Shown here piece by piece: positions 8,558 through 17,373 of a stretch of 33,553 nt of DNA. The notes under the pieces are model-generated. The model ran no database searches and was not told the DNA's origin. It saw only the letters and a program-made list of their open reading frames with translations. The translations under genes were made by a program, and so were the position numbers. The DNA comes from an uncultured Solibacteraceae bacterium (GTDB lineage Bacteria > Acidobacteriota > Terriglobia > Bryobacterales > Bryobacteraceae), in contig CAZSQK010000092.1 of the NCBI GenBank assembly GCA_964608645.1, positions 1 to 33,553 of the forward strand. Direction: 5' to 3'. Position 1 is the first letter of the stretch; every line of letters starts with the position of its first letter.

Positions 8558-11512
8558 TCAGGCCTTCGCCTGCTGCGCCTCTTTCGCGTCGAGAATGAAG
8601 GTCATGTGCCGCTCCGCGCCGTCCGGCGACGCGGTGAGCGCCATGGATGAAGAGCGCGCTTCCGACGCCGTCGAATGGAGCCGGACCAGGCCGTCGAAGA
8701 CGGCGAACGTCGAGTTATCGCCCAGGCTGGCGGAATCGAACGAATTCAACACGTCGCCGAACTTTCCGAGACGCATGCGGAACGCGGCGAGTTCGATCGG
8801 CCCCGGAGAGTTGACGATATCCTGCAGCGCCAGGAACGCGTCGGCGATGTCCCGCTCCACGTCGAATAACCGCGCGGCCAATACGCGGATTTCCATCCCG
8901 TTCGAGATGGGACTGGGGTGGACTCCCGCGATCGGCGACACCACCTTCACTGCTCCGGCCGCCATCGCGTCGTCCAGAATCGACCCGGCGTTGACGAAGT
9001 TATTGCCGTTGGCGGCATACAGCTTCTGGACATCGTCGCTCGCGTACAACCATCCCACATCGCTGATGTTCCCCTGACCGAAGTAATTGCCCACGACGAT
9101 CACGCGGAGAATCTCGCGGATGGCGGCGGCCGTGACGGGCGCCGCAAACAGCCGGCGCAGCCCGGTCTCGGTGAAGCGCACGGCGTATTCGGCGGAGATC
9201 GGGCCGTAATCGCCGTTCTTCAACTGCAACATCGGCTGCAATCCTTCGATGGTCGCTCCGGCCGCGTCCAGGCCCAGTTCCTTGGCGAAGAGCATCGCAT
9301 CAGACAGCTCGGCGGGTGTCGTGCGCGAATCGGTGAAGGTCACGTTGTACGAAGCGGACTGGCCGGTGATCACTTCGATGGCATAGGACTGGTCCGCCTT
9401 GTCGAACGTGCTGCCCCCGATGACGCCGCGCGTTTCGCCGATGAAGCGCAGCAGGAAGTTGCTGTGCATCTCTTCCTCGGCTTTGGTCGTTTTCCGCCGC
9501 TGCTGCTTCTCGTCGGTCATGTCGATCGTGGTGAAGACGTTGATCGCGCCGTTTTCGGTCGGCCGGATCTGCTGATCGGCATTGACGATCACCCGATAGG
9601 ACTCCTCATAGCTGAAGTTCTGGTGCCAGCCGGCGATGTTCACCTTGAGCGCGCTCTCACGGCTGATGTTGTGGGTCAGTTTGCCTTCGCGTAACCGCAC
9701 GATATCGGGCTGGTAGTTGGCGAGGACGTCCTGGAAGTCGCCGAGGGCCGCCAGTTTCATGAAGCGCTGTCCCGACGTAACCGGCTGGCCGGCATCGTCG
9801 ACAAGGCGGATTTCCAGATCGATCAAAGCGTCGCGCTCGTCCGATCCGTTGTAGGCGGCATTGATCTTCAGGCTGGCCGTCTGACTGGCCGCCTCTTTGA
9901 GGATCGCGTCGAACTTGTTCCAGAAGGCGTCCTTCGCCTGCACGACCTTCTGCACGATATCGAACGCCTTCTTCAGATCCTTTCCGTTCAGTTGGTCGAT
10001 CTCCCGGTTGATCAACCGGGTGACGAAGTGCTTCGCCTCATCCGTCAGAGTGGTCTTCAGCTTGTCTGGCGTATCGATCGAGCCGAGAATTTGAAAGTAG
10101 TGATCGAGGCCGAACTCGGTCTTGGCTAGTGTAATGACCTTGCGGATCTCTTCGTGGGCGGCATTTTGAACCAGATCCAGCGCGCTATCCACCCGTTTCT
10201 GCAGGGCGTCGAAACTGGGAATGTTGGTTCCCGGGATCTGGCCCAACAGCCAACCCAGAGGGTCCCCGTCCGTCAATTGCCGCACCACGTTCCACAGCGT
10301 GGGGTCAAGCTCGCCCTTGAGCCCGTCCCAGGACGTGAGACTCTTCAGATCCTGCAGCCGCGCGGTCAGTTCCTTGGTCTTGTCGAGAAGCGGATCGAAG
10401 TAGCGGTCGAACAGCGCGATCGCGCTCGTGTCCAGATTGTTGTAACTATCGACGACCTTCTGCAAGCGCCCCAGCAATGCGGTCACTTCCGGCGTCGTGA
10501 GTTGGTCGATCGCTCTCCCGGCATACTTCGCGATGTAATCGCCCGCGAGCCCGTCGAGCCTGGCCTTCAGATCGTCGATGCTCTGTATCTTGCCGGCCTC
10601 GTCGGCGGCGCTGTCGATGAGGTTCAGCCAGTTCTTCGCCCGGACTCCGAGGAGCGCGCCCAGAAACTCCTTGCCCGACTGGGGAAGCCCCTCGGTGTCG
10701 AGCGTCGCCCCCACCGAAACATCCGCGGCGAAACGCAATTCCCGGGTTCGCTTTCTTCGAACGGTCACCTGCGCCCAACCGTCGCTCGATCCGGCGCGGA
10801 CCTCGACGGAGAAGCGTCCCGCCAGGGCCGCGTTCAGGCTCAGCTTCCCCACCACGCTCAGGTCGTACTTCTCGGAGAGCTTCAGCGCCGCGATGTCCAA
10901 CGATTTCGTGCCCTTCAACTCGTAACCCGCGGACGCGTTGACGCCGAATTTCAACGAGCCGCCATATTCCAGCGCGATGACCTCTCCGGCGGCGGGAGGA
11001 CTTTGCACGCCGGACGGCAACCGCATCGCCGTGAAGAACCCGGCGAGCATCGGCGCGAACGGGGTGTTTCGCGGGAAGGAGCGGACGTACACGAATCCAG
11101 CGTCCGCGCCGGCGTCGAGCGTGGCGCCCGCGGTCAGAGCGCCGTACCGGAACGATCCGGCCGCCGAGACCGACGCATTGGCGCCCAGTTGCAGCGTCAG
11201 CAGGAGATTGTCATCCCCCAGAGCGCTCCCCAGCTTGTATTCCGTCGCCAGGTCGGCTGCCGCGGCCGTATTGCCTTTCCACAGCGGCGCAAGTTGGAAC
11301 TTCGCGCCCGCCTGAACACCGATCGCGACCGATCCCGCGTTCCCCAGCGCGATGCTCTGGCCGCCCTGCAATTGAAGCGATGCGTCTGCAATCGGATTGT
11401 CACCAGGCGTCAACGCCTCATTCGGCCCGGCGAGATCCACGTTGACGACAATGGATCCGTTTCCTCCGGACCACAGGGGAATATTGGGCTTGTTGACGGT
11501 GATCGTTTCCAT
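8558..11512 (-). CDS. Large orphan hypothetical protein (984 aa). N-terminal Gly/Ala/Ser-rich amphipathic beta-strand domain plus C-terminal ~700-aa helical region. No signal peptide and no recognisable catalytic motif.
   Basis: Long clean ORF. The six-frame ORF extends to 11614, but the METITVNKPN start at 11512 is preceded by GGAGAAAG 7 nt upstream. Residues 1-~290 show alternating hydrophobic/polar strands (SIALGNAGSVAIGVQAGAKFQLAPL, LLLTLQLGANASVSAAGSFRYGALTAGATL, FSVEVRAGSSDGWAQVTVRRKR). The remainder is rich in D/L/K helical heptad-like segments. No GxxxxGK[ST], HExxH or nuclease motifs seen. Confidence 0.8.
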   Translation of the reverse strand: METITVNKPNIPLWSGGNGSIVVNVDLAGPNEALTPGDNPIADASLQLQGGQSIALGNAGSVAIGVQAGAKFQLAPLWKGNTAAAADLATEYKLGSALGDDNLLLTLQLGANASVSAAGSFRYGALTAGATLDAGADAGFVYVRSFPRNTPFAPMLAGFFTAMRLPSGVQSPPAAGEVIALEYGGSLKFGVNASAGYELKGTKSLDIAALKLSEKYDLSVVGKLSLNAALAGRFSVEVRAGSSDGWAQVTVRRKRTRELRFAADVSVGATLDTEGLPQSGKEFLGALLGVRAKNWLNLIDSAADEAGKIQSIDDLKARLDGLAGDYIAKYAGRAIDQLTTPEVTALLGRLQKVVDSYNNLDTSAIALFDRYFDPLLDKTKELTARLQDLKSLTSWDGLKGELDPTLWNVVRQLTDGDPLGWLLGQIPGTNIPSFDALQKRVDSALDLVQNAAHEEIRKVITLAKTEFGLDHYFQILGSIDTPDKLKTTLTDEAKHFVTRLINREIDQLNGKDLKKAFDIVQKVVQAKDAFWNKFDAILKEAASQTASLKINAAYNGSDERDALIDLEIRLVDDAGQPVTSGQRFMKLAALGDFQDVLANYQPDIVRLREGKLTHNISRESALKVNIAGWHQNFSYEESYRVIVNADQQIRPTENGAINVFTTIDMTDEKQQRRKTTKAEEEMHSNFLLRFIGETRGVIGGSTFDKADQSYAIEVITGQSASYNVTFTDSRTTPAELSDAMLFAKELGLDAAGATIEGLQPMLQLKNGDYGPISAEYAVRFTETGLRRLFAAPVTAAAIREILRVIVVGNYFGQGNISDVGWLYASDDVQKLYAANGNNFVNAGSILDDAMAAGAVKVVSPIAGVHPSPISNGMEIRVLAARLFDVERDIADAFLALQDIVNSPGPIELAAFRMRLGKFGDVLNSFDSASLGDNSTFAVFDGLVRLHSTASEARSSSMALTASPDGAERHMTFILDAKEAQQAKA

Positions 11513-11543
11513 TGTCTTTCTCCTCGCGTTTGCGGCGCTATGG

Positions 11544-11572
11544 ACAATAACACGGGAGAGCCGAAAGATCAA
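11544..11572 (-). promoter_or_regulatory. Candidate sigma70-type promoter for the 984-aa gene
   Basis: Minus-strand -35 TTGATC (plus 11567..11572), a 17-nt spacer, then -10 TATTGT (plus 11544..11549). This lies ~30 nt upstream of the SD/ATG at 11512, inside the 110-bp gap after the GDPD stop. Confidence 0.25.
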
Positions 11573-11622
11573 CGCGGCGACGCCCGGACTTACAAGCAAT
11601 TTACGGCGGCGCACGCCCTATG

Positions 11623-12402
11623 TTACTTGTGCCATCCCTTCTCGCGCAGGAATTTCACCAGTTCCGCCGGATGATCCGACTGGATGCCGGTGGCGCCGCG
11701 GCGGACGGCGTCCTCCCACGAGTCCGCGTTGTCCGCTGCTCCCAGACGATCCACGTAAATGTCCAGCTTCGCCCCTTTGACAACGGCGATCGTCTCGTCG
11801 CGGAAGTCGCGCGCATCGAAAGCGATCACCTGCGGCGTCAATTCCGCGATCAGCTTCGTGACGGTCTCCACGCTATTTGCTTCGGGCATGATCCGGATAT
11901 GCGGGTTCAGTTCGCGGATCGCTCGCAGCAGCGCGGGGCTCCCATAAACCACGACACGATCCACCATGCCGTGTTTCGCGACGACGTCGGCCAGATCGCG
12001 CGCCGGGATGCTCTTGGCGTCGATGTAAACCCCGACCCTTCCCTTCGCCAGTTCCATTGCCTCGTCAAACGTCGGCACGATCGTGCCGGCAAACTCCGCT
12101 CCGGACTTCACCCCGGCGTCGAGTTTACGGATCTCGGCGAACGTCATCTTGGCGACGTCGCCGTGGCCGTCGGTGCGCCGGTCCACGCTGCCGTCGTGCA
12201 TCAGGACAAGGCGGCCGTCGATCGTTGTCCGCACATCGATCTCGATGAAATCGGCGCCGCTCTCGATCGCGGCGCGAAATGCCGGAAGGGTGTTCTCGGG
12301 ATGGTGGAGATGCTCTCCGCGGTGGGAGATGACGGCGACCGTCCGGCTCTGTCCGTAGGCCGCCGCAACGAGGAGCAGAGAAGCCAGCGCAGGGCTCATC
12401 AT
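11623..12402 (-). CDS. Glycerophosphodiester phosphodiesterase (GDPD/UgpQ-GlpQ family), secreted
   Basis: 259 aa. Signal peptide MMSPALASLLLVAAAYGQS. GDPD catalytic motifs HRGEHLHHPENT and FIEIDVRTTIDGRLVLMHD. Confidence 0.85.
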   Translation of the reverse strand: MMSPALASLLLVAAAYGQSRTVAVISHRGEHLHHPENTLPAFRAAIESGADFIEIDVRTTIDGRLVLMHDGSVDRRTDGHGDVAKMTFAEIRKLDAGVKSGAEFAGTIVPTFDEAMELAKGRVGVYIDAKSIPARDLADVVAKHGMVDRVVVYGSPALLRAIRELNPHIRIMPEANSVETVTKLIAELTPQVIAFDARDFRDETIAVVKGAKLDIYVDRLGAADNADSWEDAVRRGATGIQSDHPAELVKFLREKGWHK

Positions 12403-12430
12403 TCAACAGTAAACGAACCCGAGCCGCGTT

Positions 12431-12652
12431 CTACTCGTCGTCGTGCTGGACTTTGTCCCGGCTGAAGACGAATGCGATGAATCCCGCCAGAATCAGGAAG
12501 GGCGGAGCGCCGAGCACCAGGATCCCCGCGTTCATGACGTGCGACCGCGCTTCGTTCTGCGATTTCGCCGTCCGATAACACATCACGCATTGCGCACCGG
12601 CCGGGAAGGCCAGCGCCGCCCACAATGCCGGGATCAACAGCAGACGTCTCAT
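12431..12652 (-). CDS. Small (73 aa) membrane protein with CxxC motif, translationally coupled to cox subunit IV
   Basis: ATGA start/stop overlap with the upstream subunit-IV gene (12649..12652). Signal/anchor peptide, then CVMC, then a C-terminal TM helix (AGILVLGAPPFLILAGFIAFVF). Function unknown. Confidence 0.5.
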   Translation of the reverse strand: MRRLLLIPALWAALAFPAGAQCVMCYRTAKSQNEARSHVMNAGILVLGAPPFLILAGFIAFVFSRDKVQHDDE

Positions 12653-12972
12653 GACGGAGGTCTCATCCCGGGGATGCGGGTGGCGTCGCCGAGGAAGATC
12701 AACATCAGCAGGATACAGAAGATCAGCATCGGAAACAGCGTCAGGAAGAGGCTGAATCGCTCGAATTTCAGGTGCATGAAGTACCCGATAATCAGCGCCG
12801 CTTTGATCACCGAAAGGCCCACCAGCAGCGTCAGCATGGTGATGGTCGGCAATTGCTTATAGCAGAGGAAGACCTCGATCCCCGTCAAGACCAGCAGGAC
12901 GATCCAGATCTTGCCGAACGTCGCGGTGGTCGCCCCTTCGATGTGTTCGACTTGTTCGGTATGCGTGCTCAT
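12649..12972 (-). CDS. Cytochrome c oxidase subunit IV (prokaryotic caa3/aa3-type CoxD/CtaF family)
   Basis: 107 aa (MSTHTEQVEHIEG…). Hydrophobic helices KIWIVLLVLTGIEVFLCY and LTLLVGLSVIKAALIIGYFMHL. GGAGG Shine-Dalgarno upstream. Lies immediately after subunit III. The six-frame ORF 12649..13533 is a spurious 5' extension of this gene. Confidence 0.75.
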   Translation of the reverse strand: MSTHTEQVEHIEGATTATFGKIWIVLLVLTGIEVFLCYKQLPTITMLTLLVGLSVIKAALIIGYFMHLKFERFSLFLTLFPMLIFCILLMLIFLGDATRIPGMRPPS

Positions 12973-12983
12973 GCGTTCCCTCC

Positions 12984-13613
12984 TTACGCTCCCACCCGCG
13001 CCGACATCAGATACACCAGCGGGAAGACAAACATCCAGACCAGGTCGACAAAGTGCCAGTAGAGGCCGCTCACCTCGACGTCTTCCGCCTTGAACTTGCC
13101 GCGCATAATCCCCTGGCAGATGATTCCGAGGTAGATCACGCCGATGATCACGTGGGTCATATGGAGACCCGTGATCGCGAAGAAGGTGCCGCCGAACAGC
13201 GGCACGCCCCATGGGTTCGAAAACGGCGTCACGTGTTCGAGGTTGATCAACCGCATCCATTCGGTGGCGTGCAGGACGACGAAAGCCGCCCCGCCGGCCA
13301 TGGTGGCCAGGATCCATTTGCCAGCCGCGCTGCGGTTGCCGTGGTTCATCGCGTGCACCGCCATCACCATCGTCAGGCTGCTCGATAGCAGGCAGAACGT
13401 CATGACACTCGAAAAAATGATGCTGGGCGAAAAATCGAAGGGCTTCGGCCAGTCCGGGTTGGACACCCGCGAATACGTATAGGCGAACAAAAGCGCCGAG
13501 AACGTCAGCGCGTCCGAAATGATGAACAGCCACATCCCGAACTTCTTCGAATTAGTCGCGTATGGCGACGCGCCGCCATCCCATGCGGACGCGGCGGTGA
13601 CTTGGGACGACAT
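12984..13613 (-). CDS. coxC: Cytochrome c oxidase subunit III
   Basis: 209 aa, multi-TM. Matches haem-copper oxidase subunit III (MWLFIISDALTFSALLFAY…GLYWHFVDLVWMFVFPLVYL). Position in the operon after subunit I. Confidence 0.85.
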   Translation of the reverse strand: MSSQVTAASAWDGGASPYATNSKKFGMWLFIISDALTFSALLFAYTYSRVSNPDWPKPFDFSPSIIFSSVMTFCLLSSSLTMVMAVHAMNHGNRSAAGKWILATMAGGAAFVVLHATEWMRLINLEHVTPFSNPWGVPLFGGTFFAITGLHMTHVIIGVIYLGIICQGIMRGKFKAEDVEVSGLYWHFVDLVWMFVFPLVYLMSARVGA

Positions 13614-13616
13614 CCC

Positions 13617-14261
13617 TTACCCCCAAACGTAAAATAGAACCATCAAATACACCCAGAGCCCATCCAGAAAATGCCAGAAAATCGCGGTGACGTCGATCGC
13701 CGTCCGCTTGGCCGGGCCCAGCCGCAACCGCAGCGCCTGCACGTCGACGTACACCAGCGCCACCACGCCCCCAAACAGATGGAACGCATGGGAAGCGGTC
13801 AGCACATAGAAAAATGAGCTCGCCGGATTGGTCGAAACGTACACCCCGGCTTCCTTCAACACCCGCCAGGCATACGCCTGGCCGACCAGGAAGAGGATGC
13901 CGAGCGCCGTCGCGATTGTCCACCAGAGGTTAAATTTGCTGCGGTCGCCCTTTTTCAGCGCTCGCCGCGAAAAATCCAGCACCACGCTCGATGCCAGCAG
14001 GACGATCGTGTTGACGAACAATACCGGCGGTTTGGGCATGCTCGCCCAATCCTCCGAAAGTCCGCGGCGGACAACGAACGCGCTCGTGAACGCTGCGAAC
14101 ACCATGGTGCTGGCCGCGAGCAGCACGAACAGGCCCGTGAAAGAGGCGCGCCGCGATGACCCGCGCCCTTCCGAGCCGTCGCCGCCGCCCCATCCGCGAT
14201 CCACCGGCGGTGGCGGCGGGCCTTTCAAAATGTCATGTGTGAGGGACCCGGCCATACCCAT
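13617..14261 (-). CDS. Second haem-copper oxidase subunit-III-family protein (paralogue; split/duplicated subunit III)
   Basis: 214 aa. Pro/Gly-rich N-terminus followed by 4-5 TM helices with the subunit-III-like C-terminus (AIFWHFLDGLWVYLMVLFYVWG). Starts 10 nt after the subunit I stop. Confidence 0.7.
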   Translation of the reverse strand: MGMAGSLTHDILKGPPPPPVDRGWGGGDGSEGRGSSRRASFTGLFVLLAASTMVFAAFTSAFVVRRGLSEDWASMPKPPVLFVNTIVLLASSVVLDFSRRALKKGDRSKFNLWWTIATALGILFLVGQAYAWRVLKEAGVYVSTNPASSFFYVLTASHAFHLFGGVVALVYVDVQALRLRLGPAKRTAIDVTAIFWHFLDGLWVYLMVLFYVWG

Positions 14262-14270
14262 ATCGATGCG

Positions 14271-16046
14271 CTAGGCCTGCGAGTGGATTTCCGGCGGATC
14301 CGTCTGCATCACGAAATCCCGTGGCGCGCCCGGCACACTGTACTCGTACGGACCATGATGCACCACCGGGTGCACGCCGGCGAAGTTATCGAACGGCGGA
14401 GGCGACGGAATGCTCCATTCGAGCGTCGTCGAATTCCAGGGATTTATCGGAGCTTTGGCGCCGCCCTTCAGGCTCCAGAATAGATTGATCAGGAAGATGA
14501 TCTGGGCGGCCGCGGTGAAGTACGCCGCGTACGTCATGAACGAGTGAACCGGCATGACCCCCGCCAGATACTCGACGTTGGTGAAATCCGCATACCGCCG
14601 CGGATTGCCCACCAGCCCCAGGAAGTGCATCGGCGTGAAGATGGCGTATACGCCGACAAACGTGCAGTAGAAGTGGATCTTGCCGAGCGGTTCGTTCAGC
14701 ATGCGCCCGAACATCTTGGGGAACCAGTAAAACGTGCCGGCGAACATGCCGAAGATCGCCGCGACACCCATGATCATGTGGAAATGACCGACCACGAAGT
14801 AGGTGTCGTGGAAGTACAGATCGAGCGCCGGCTGGCCGAGGAAGATGCCGCTGACGCCGCCGGTCACGAACAGGCTGACGAAGCCCAGCGCGAACAGCAT
14901 GGAGGTGTCGAAATGGATCTTCCCGTTCCATAGAGTGCCGATCCAGTTGAACGTCTTGATCGCCGACGGCACGCCGATGCACATGGTCAGCGTGGCAAAC
15001 GCCATCGCCGAGTACGGGTTCATGCCGCTCATGAACATGTGATGGCCCCACACCAGGAAGCCCAGGAACCCGATGCTGAGGATGGCGTACACCATCGCCT
15101 TATAGCCGAAGATCGGCTTGCGGGAAAACGTGGAGAGCAGCTGCGACGTCACGCCCATGCCGGGCAGAATCGCAATGTAAACCTCGGGGTGCCCGAAAAA
15201 CCAGAACAGGTGCTGCCAAAGCAGCGGCGAGCCGCCCTTATGGTTGGCGATGATCGTGTCGTTGATGAAAAGGCCGCCCGGGATGAAGAAACTGGTCCCC
15301 ACGGTGCGGTCGAGCAGCAGCAATACCCCCGCCGCCAGCAGCACGGCGAAGCCGAGCAGCCCGAGGATCGCGGTGACCAGCCACGTCCAGCAGGTCAGCG
15401 GCATCCGCATCAGCGTCATGCCCTTGCACCGCAAATCGACCAGCGTGGCGATGAAGTTGATCGCCCCCATCAGCGACGCGCCGCAGAACACCGCGATGCT
15501 GAGAATCCACAGGTTCTGCCCCATGCCTTCGCCCGGCCCCGTGATCGGCCCCGCGCCCGAGAGCGGCGGATAGGCGGTCCAGCCTGCGAGCGGCGCCCCG
15601 CCCTGCACGAAGAACGCCGCCATCATGATCACCAGCGCCAGAAACGTGGTCCAGAACGACATCATGTTGAGGACCGGAAAGGCCATGTCCTCGGCGCCAA
15701 TCTGGATCGGTAGAAAGTAGTTGCCGAATCCGCTCTGCGGCACCGTCGTGAGCACGAAGAACACCATGATGGTGCCGTGCATCGTCATCAGCGACAGGTA
15801 GAGTTCCGGCGTCATCACGCCGCCCGCGGCCGCCTTGGGCCAGATCGCTGCGAACCATGGCACCGCGAGGTTCGGGTTCACCATGTGGAATCGCATCAAC
15901 AGCGAGAGGGCCATCCCCACGAACACGGAGAACAGTCCGAGGAAATAGTACTGGATGCCGATCACCTTGTGATCGAGGCTGAAGACATATTTTCGGATGA
16001 ACCCTTGCGGCGCGGAGTGCGCCGCGTGGGCTACAGGAGAGGACAT
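14271..16046 (-). CDS. ctaD: Cytochrome c oxidase subunit I
   Basis: 591 aa, 12-TM. Canonical motifs HLFWFFGHPEVYIAILPGMG and GGLTG-like regions. High similarity in pattern to CoxA/CtaD. Confidence 0.95.
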   Translation of the reverse strand: MSSPVAHAAHSAPQGFIRKYVFSLDHKVIGIQYYFLGLFSVFVGMALSLLMRFHMVNPNLAVPWFAAIWPKAAAGGVMTPELYLSLMTMHGTIMVFFVLTTVPQSGFGNYFLPIQIGAEDMAFPVLNMMSFWTTFLALVIMMAAFFVQGGAPLAGWTAYPPLSGAGPITGPGEGMGQNLWILSIAVFCGASLMGAINFIATLVDLRCKGMTLMRMPLTCWTWLVTAILGLLGFAVLLAAGVLLLLDRTVGTSFFIPGGLFINDTIIANHKGGSPLLWQHLFWFFGHPEVYIAILPGMGVTSQLLSTFSRKPIFGYKAMVYAILSIGFLGFLVWGHHMFMSGMNPYSAMAFATLTMCIGVPSAIKTFNWIGTLWNGKIHFDTSMLFALGFVSLFVTGGVSGIFLGQPALDLYFHDTYFVVGHFHMIMGVAAIFGMFAGTFYWFPKMFGRMLNEPLGKIHFYCTFVGVYAIFTPMHFLGLVGNPRRYADFTNVEYLAGVMPVHSFMTYAAYFTAAAQIIFLINLFWSLKGGAKAPINPWNSTTLEWSIPSPPPFDNFAGVHPVVHHGPYEYSVPGAPRDFVMQTDPPEIHSQA

Positions 16047-16080
16047 AAGTTCACCTTTGAGAACGGAGGCTCGTTGAACA

Positions 16081-16863
16081 TTACTTCTGGGCCTGGTCCT
16101 GCTTCCACTTGTCGAAATCGGCCTGGCTCATCACCTGGAGCGTCGTGCGCATCTGGAAATGGCCCAGCCCGCAGAGTTCCGAGCACGGCACTTCGTACAC
16201 GCCGATCTGGTCCGCCTGGAAATGCAGCGGGATCTCCATCCCCGGCACGATGTCCTGCTTCATGCGCAGCTCGCGGACGAAAAAGTTGTGGATCACGTCG
16301 CGGGAGTGCATGATGAGCCGGATCGGCCGCCCCACCGGCACTTTGATCGACGCGCTGACGATGTCGTCCTTGCCCGCCGGATCCTTGTCGTCGATGCCAT
16401 ACGGGTTGCCCGCGGCGTCGTTGATGAACTTCAGTTCCGTGTGCCCGAATTTGCCGTCCGGCCCCGGATAGCGGAAGTTCCATGCGAACTGCTTCGCCAT
16501 CACCTCGATCGGTATCGCGTCGGGCGGCGCTTCCTCGAAGTGCACCCCCGCCCAGATCTTGCTGCCCATCACCACGAGTCCCAGGAACAGCAGCGCCGTG
16601 GCGCTCGTCCAGATGGTCTCGAGTTTGTTGTTGCCGTGAGAATAGCCGGCGGGACGGCCGTCATTCCGGAACTTCACGATGACGTAACCGAGCGCAAACT
16701 GCGCCAGAAAAAAGATGACCCCGACGACGATCAGCGTGCGCATGAATTGCGCGTCGTATACCACGCCATGCGCGTTAATGGGAGGCGGAAACCACCAGGT
16801 TTTGGCGGCGAAGTAGTAGCAGATTACGGCAGTCAGGGCCCAGATGATGGGAGCAAGCAGCAT
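16081..16863 (-). CDS. coxB: Cytochrome c oxidase subunit II (CuA)
   Basis: 260 aa. Two N-terminal TM helices. CuA ligands: H in VIHNFFV and the CSELCGLGHFQM motif. Confidence 0.9.
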   Translation of the reverse strand: MLLAPIIWALTAVICYYFAAKTWWFPPPINAHGVVYDAQFMRTLIVVGVIFFLAQFALGYVIVKFRNDGRPAGYSHGNNKLETIWTSATALLFLGLVVMGSKIWAGVHFEEAPPDAIPIEVMAKQFAWNFRYPGPDGKFGHTELKFINDAAGNPYGIDDKDPAGKDDIVSASIKVPVGRPIRLIMHSRDVIHNFFVRELRMKQDIVPGMEIPLHFQADQIGVYEVPCSELCGLGHFQMRTTLQVMSQADFDKWKQDQAQK

Positions 16864-16924
16864 CCCGAATTCCCTCCACGACCTTCATTCCCTCACTTTG
16901 ATTCCTTAGGGTGGATGCAACATA

Positions 16925-17302
16925 TCACACAGGTAGAAGGAGGCGCAAGTCGGAATCGAAATCTGTCCAGGCGCGGACGGCGATCCCGAGGTCGCGGCCG
17001 TCTTCCGGGATGTCCTTGTACAGACAAGCCCACGCCATGGTCATCCCCGGCGCCGCGTTGCCTGTCCAGAGAATCGGCGCGAGAAAACCAGCCAGCCGCC
17101 GTCCGGTGACGCGCCGGACCACCGGCCCGAGCAGGAGGAAGTTACAAAACTGCGTCAGGAAGATCCAGCCATCATAGGGGAAGGCGTCGAGGTCGAACCA
17201 CCGCCGGAAAACAAGGAAAAAGACTCTGTCGCTCCAGGGAACCAGGCGTTCAGCGCGTCCCAATAGATGTACAGCGTAAAAAGCGTGGGCGCCAGCCAGC
17301 AC
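16925..17302 (-). CDS. Hypothetical small membrane protein upstream of coxB; possibly frameshifted (alternative frame continues to 17364)
   Basis: 125-aa ORF with a GTG start. Protein-like composition (WIFLTQFCNFLLLGPVV…). A second, overlapping minus-strand ORF (17155..17364, +1 frame) has an equally protein-like N-terminus (LCWLAPTLFTLYIYWDALNAWFPG). Together they look like one gene interrupted near 17215..17225. Confidence 0.35.
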   Translation of the reverse strand: MLAGAHAFYAVHLLGRAERLVPWSDRVFFLVFRRWFDLDAFPYDGWIFLTQFCNFLLLGPVVRRVTGRRLAGFLAPILWTGNAAPGMTMAWACLYKDIPEDGRDLGIAVRAWTDFDSDLRLLLPV

Positions 17303-17373
17303 AATGCCCGGACGGACGTAGACCGCCAGTTCGCGGAATCAAAGGCCAAGATCTTAGCGCCCACCGTGGGGCA

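Noticed and set aside
11513-11614. 5' extension of the 984-aa ORF (MRRRKLLVSPGVAALIFRL…)
   Set aside because: The internal ATG at 11512 (METIT…) has a strong GGAG Shine-Dalgarno 7 nt upstream. The extension would have to be read through the candidate promoter and leaves only 8 bp to the upstream GDPD gene.
10154-11674. 506-aa plus-strand ORF and other plus-strand ORFs (8918..9694) opposite the 984-aa gene
   Set aside because: Antisense to a long, clean minus-strand ORF. Low-complexity Arg/Gln-rich translation.
12649-13533. 294-aa minus-strand ORF spanning subunit IV and part of subunit III
   Set aside because: Only the last 107 codons (from MSTHTEQV at 12972, which has a GGAGG Shine-Dalgarno) are protein-like. 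The upstream part is an out-of-frame read through the coxC gene, which is itself clearly coded in another frame (12984..13613).
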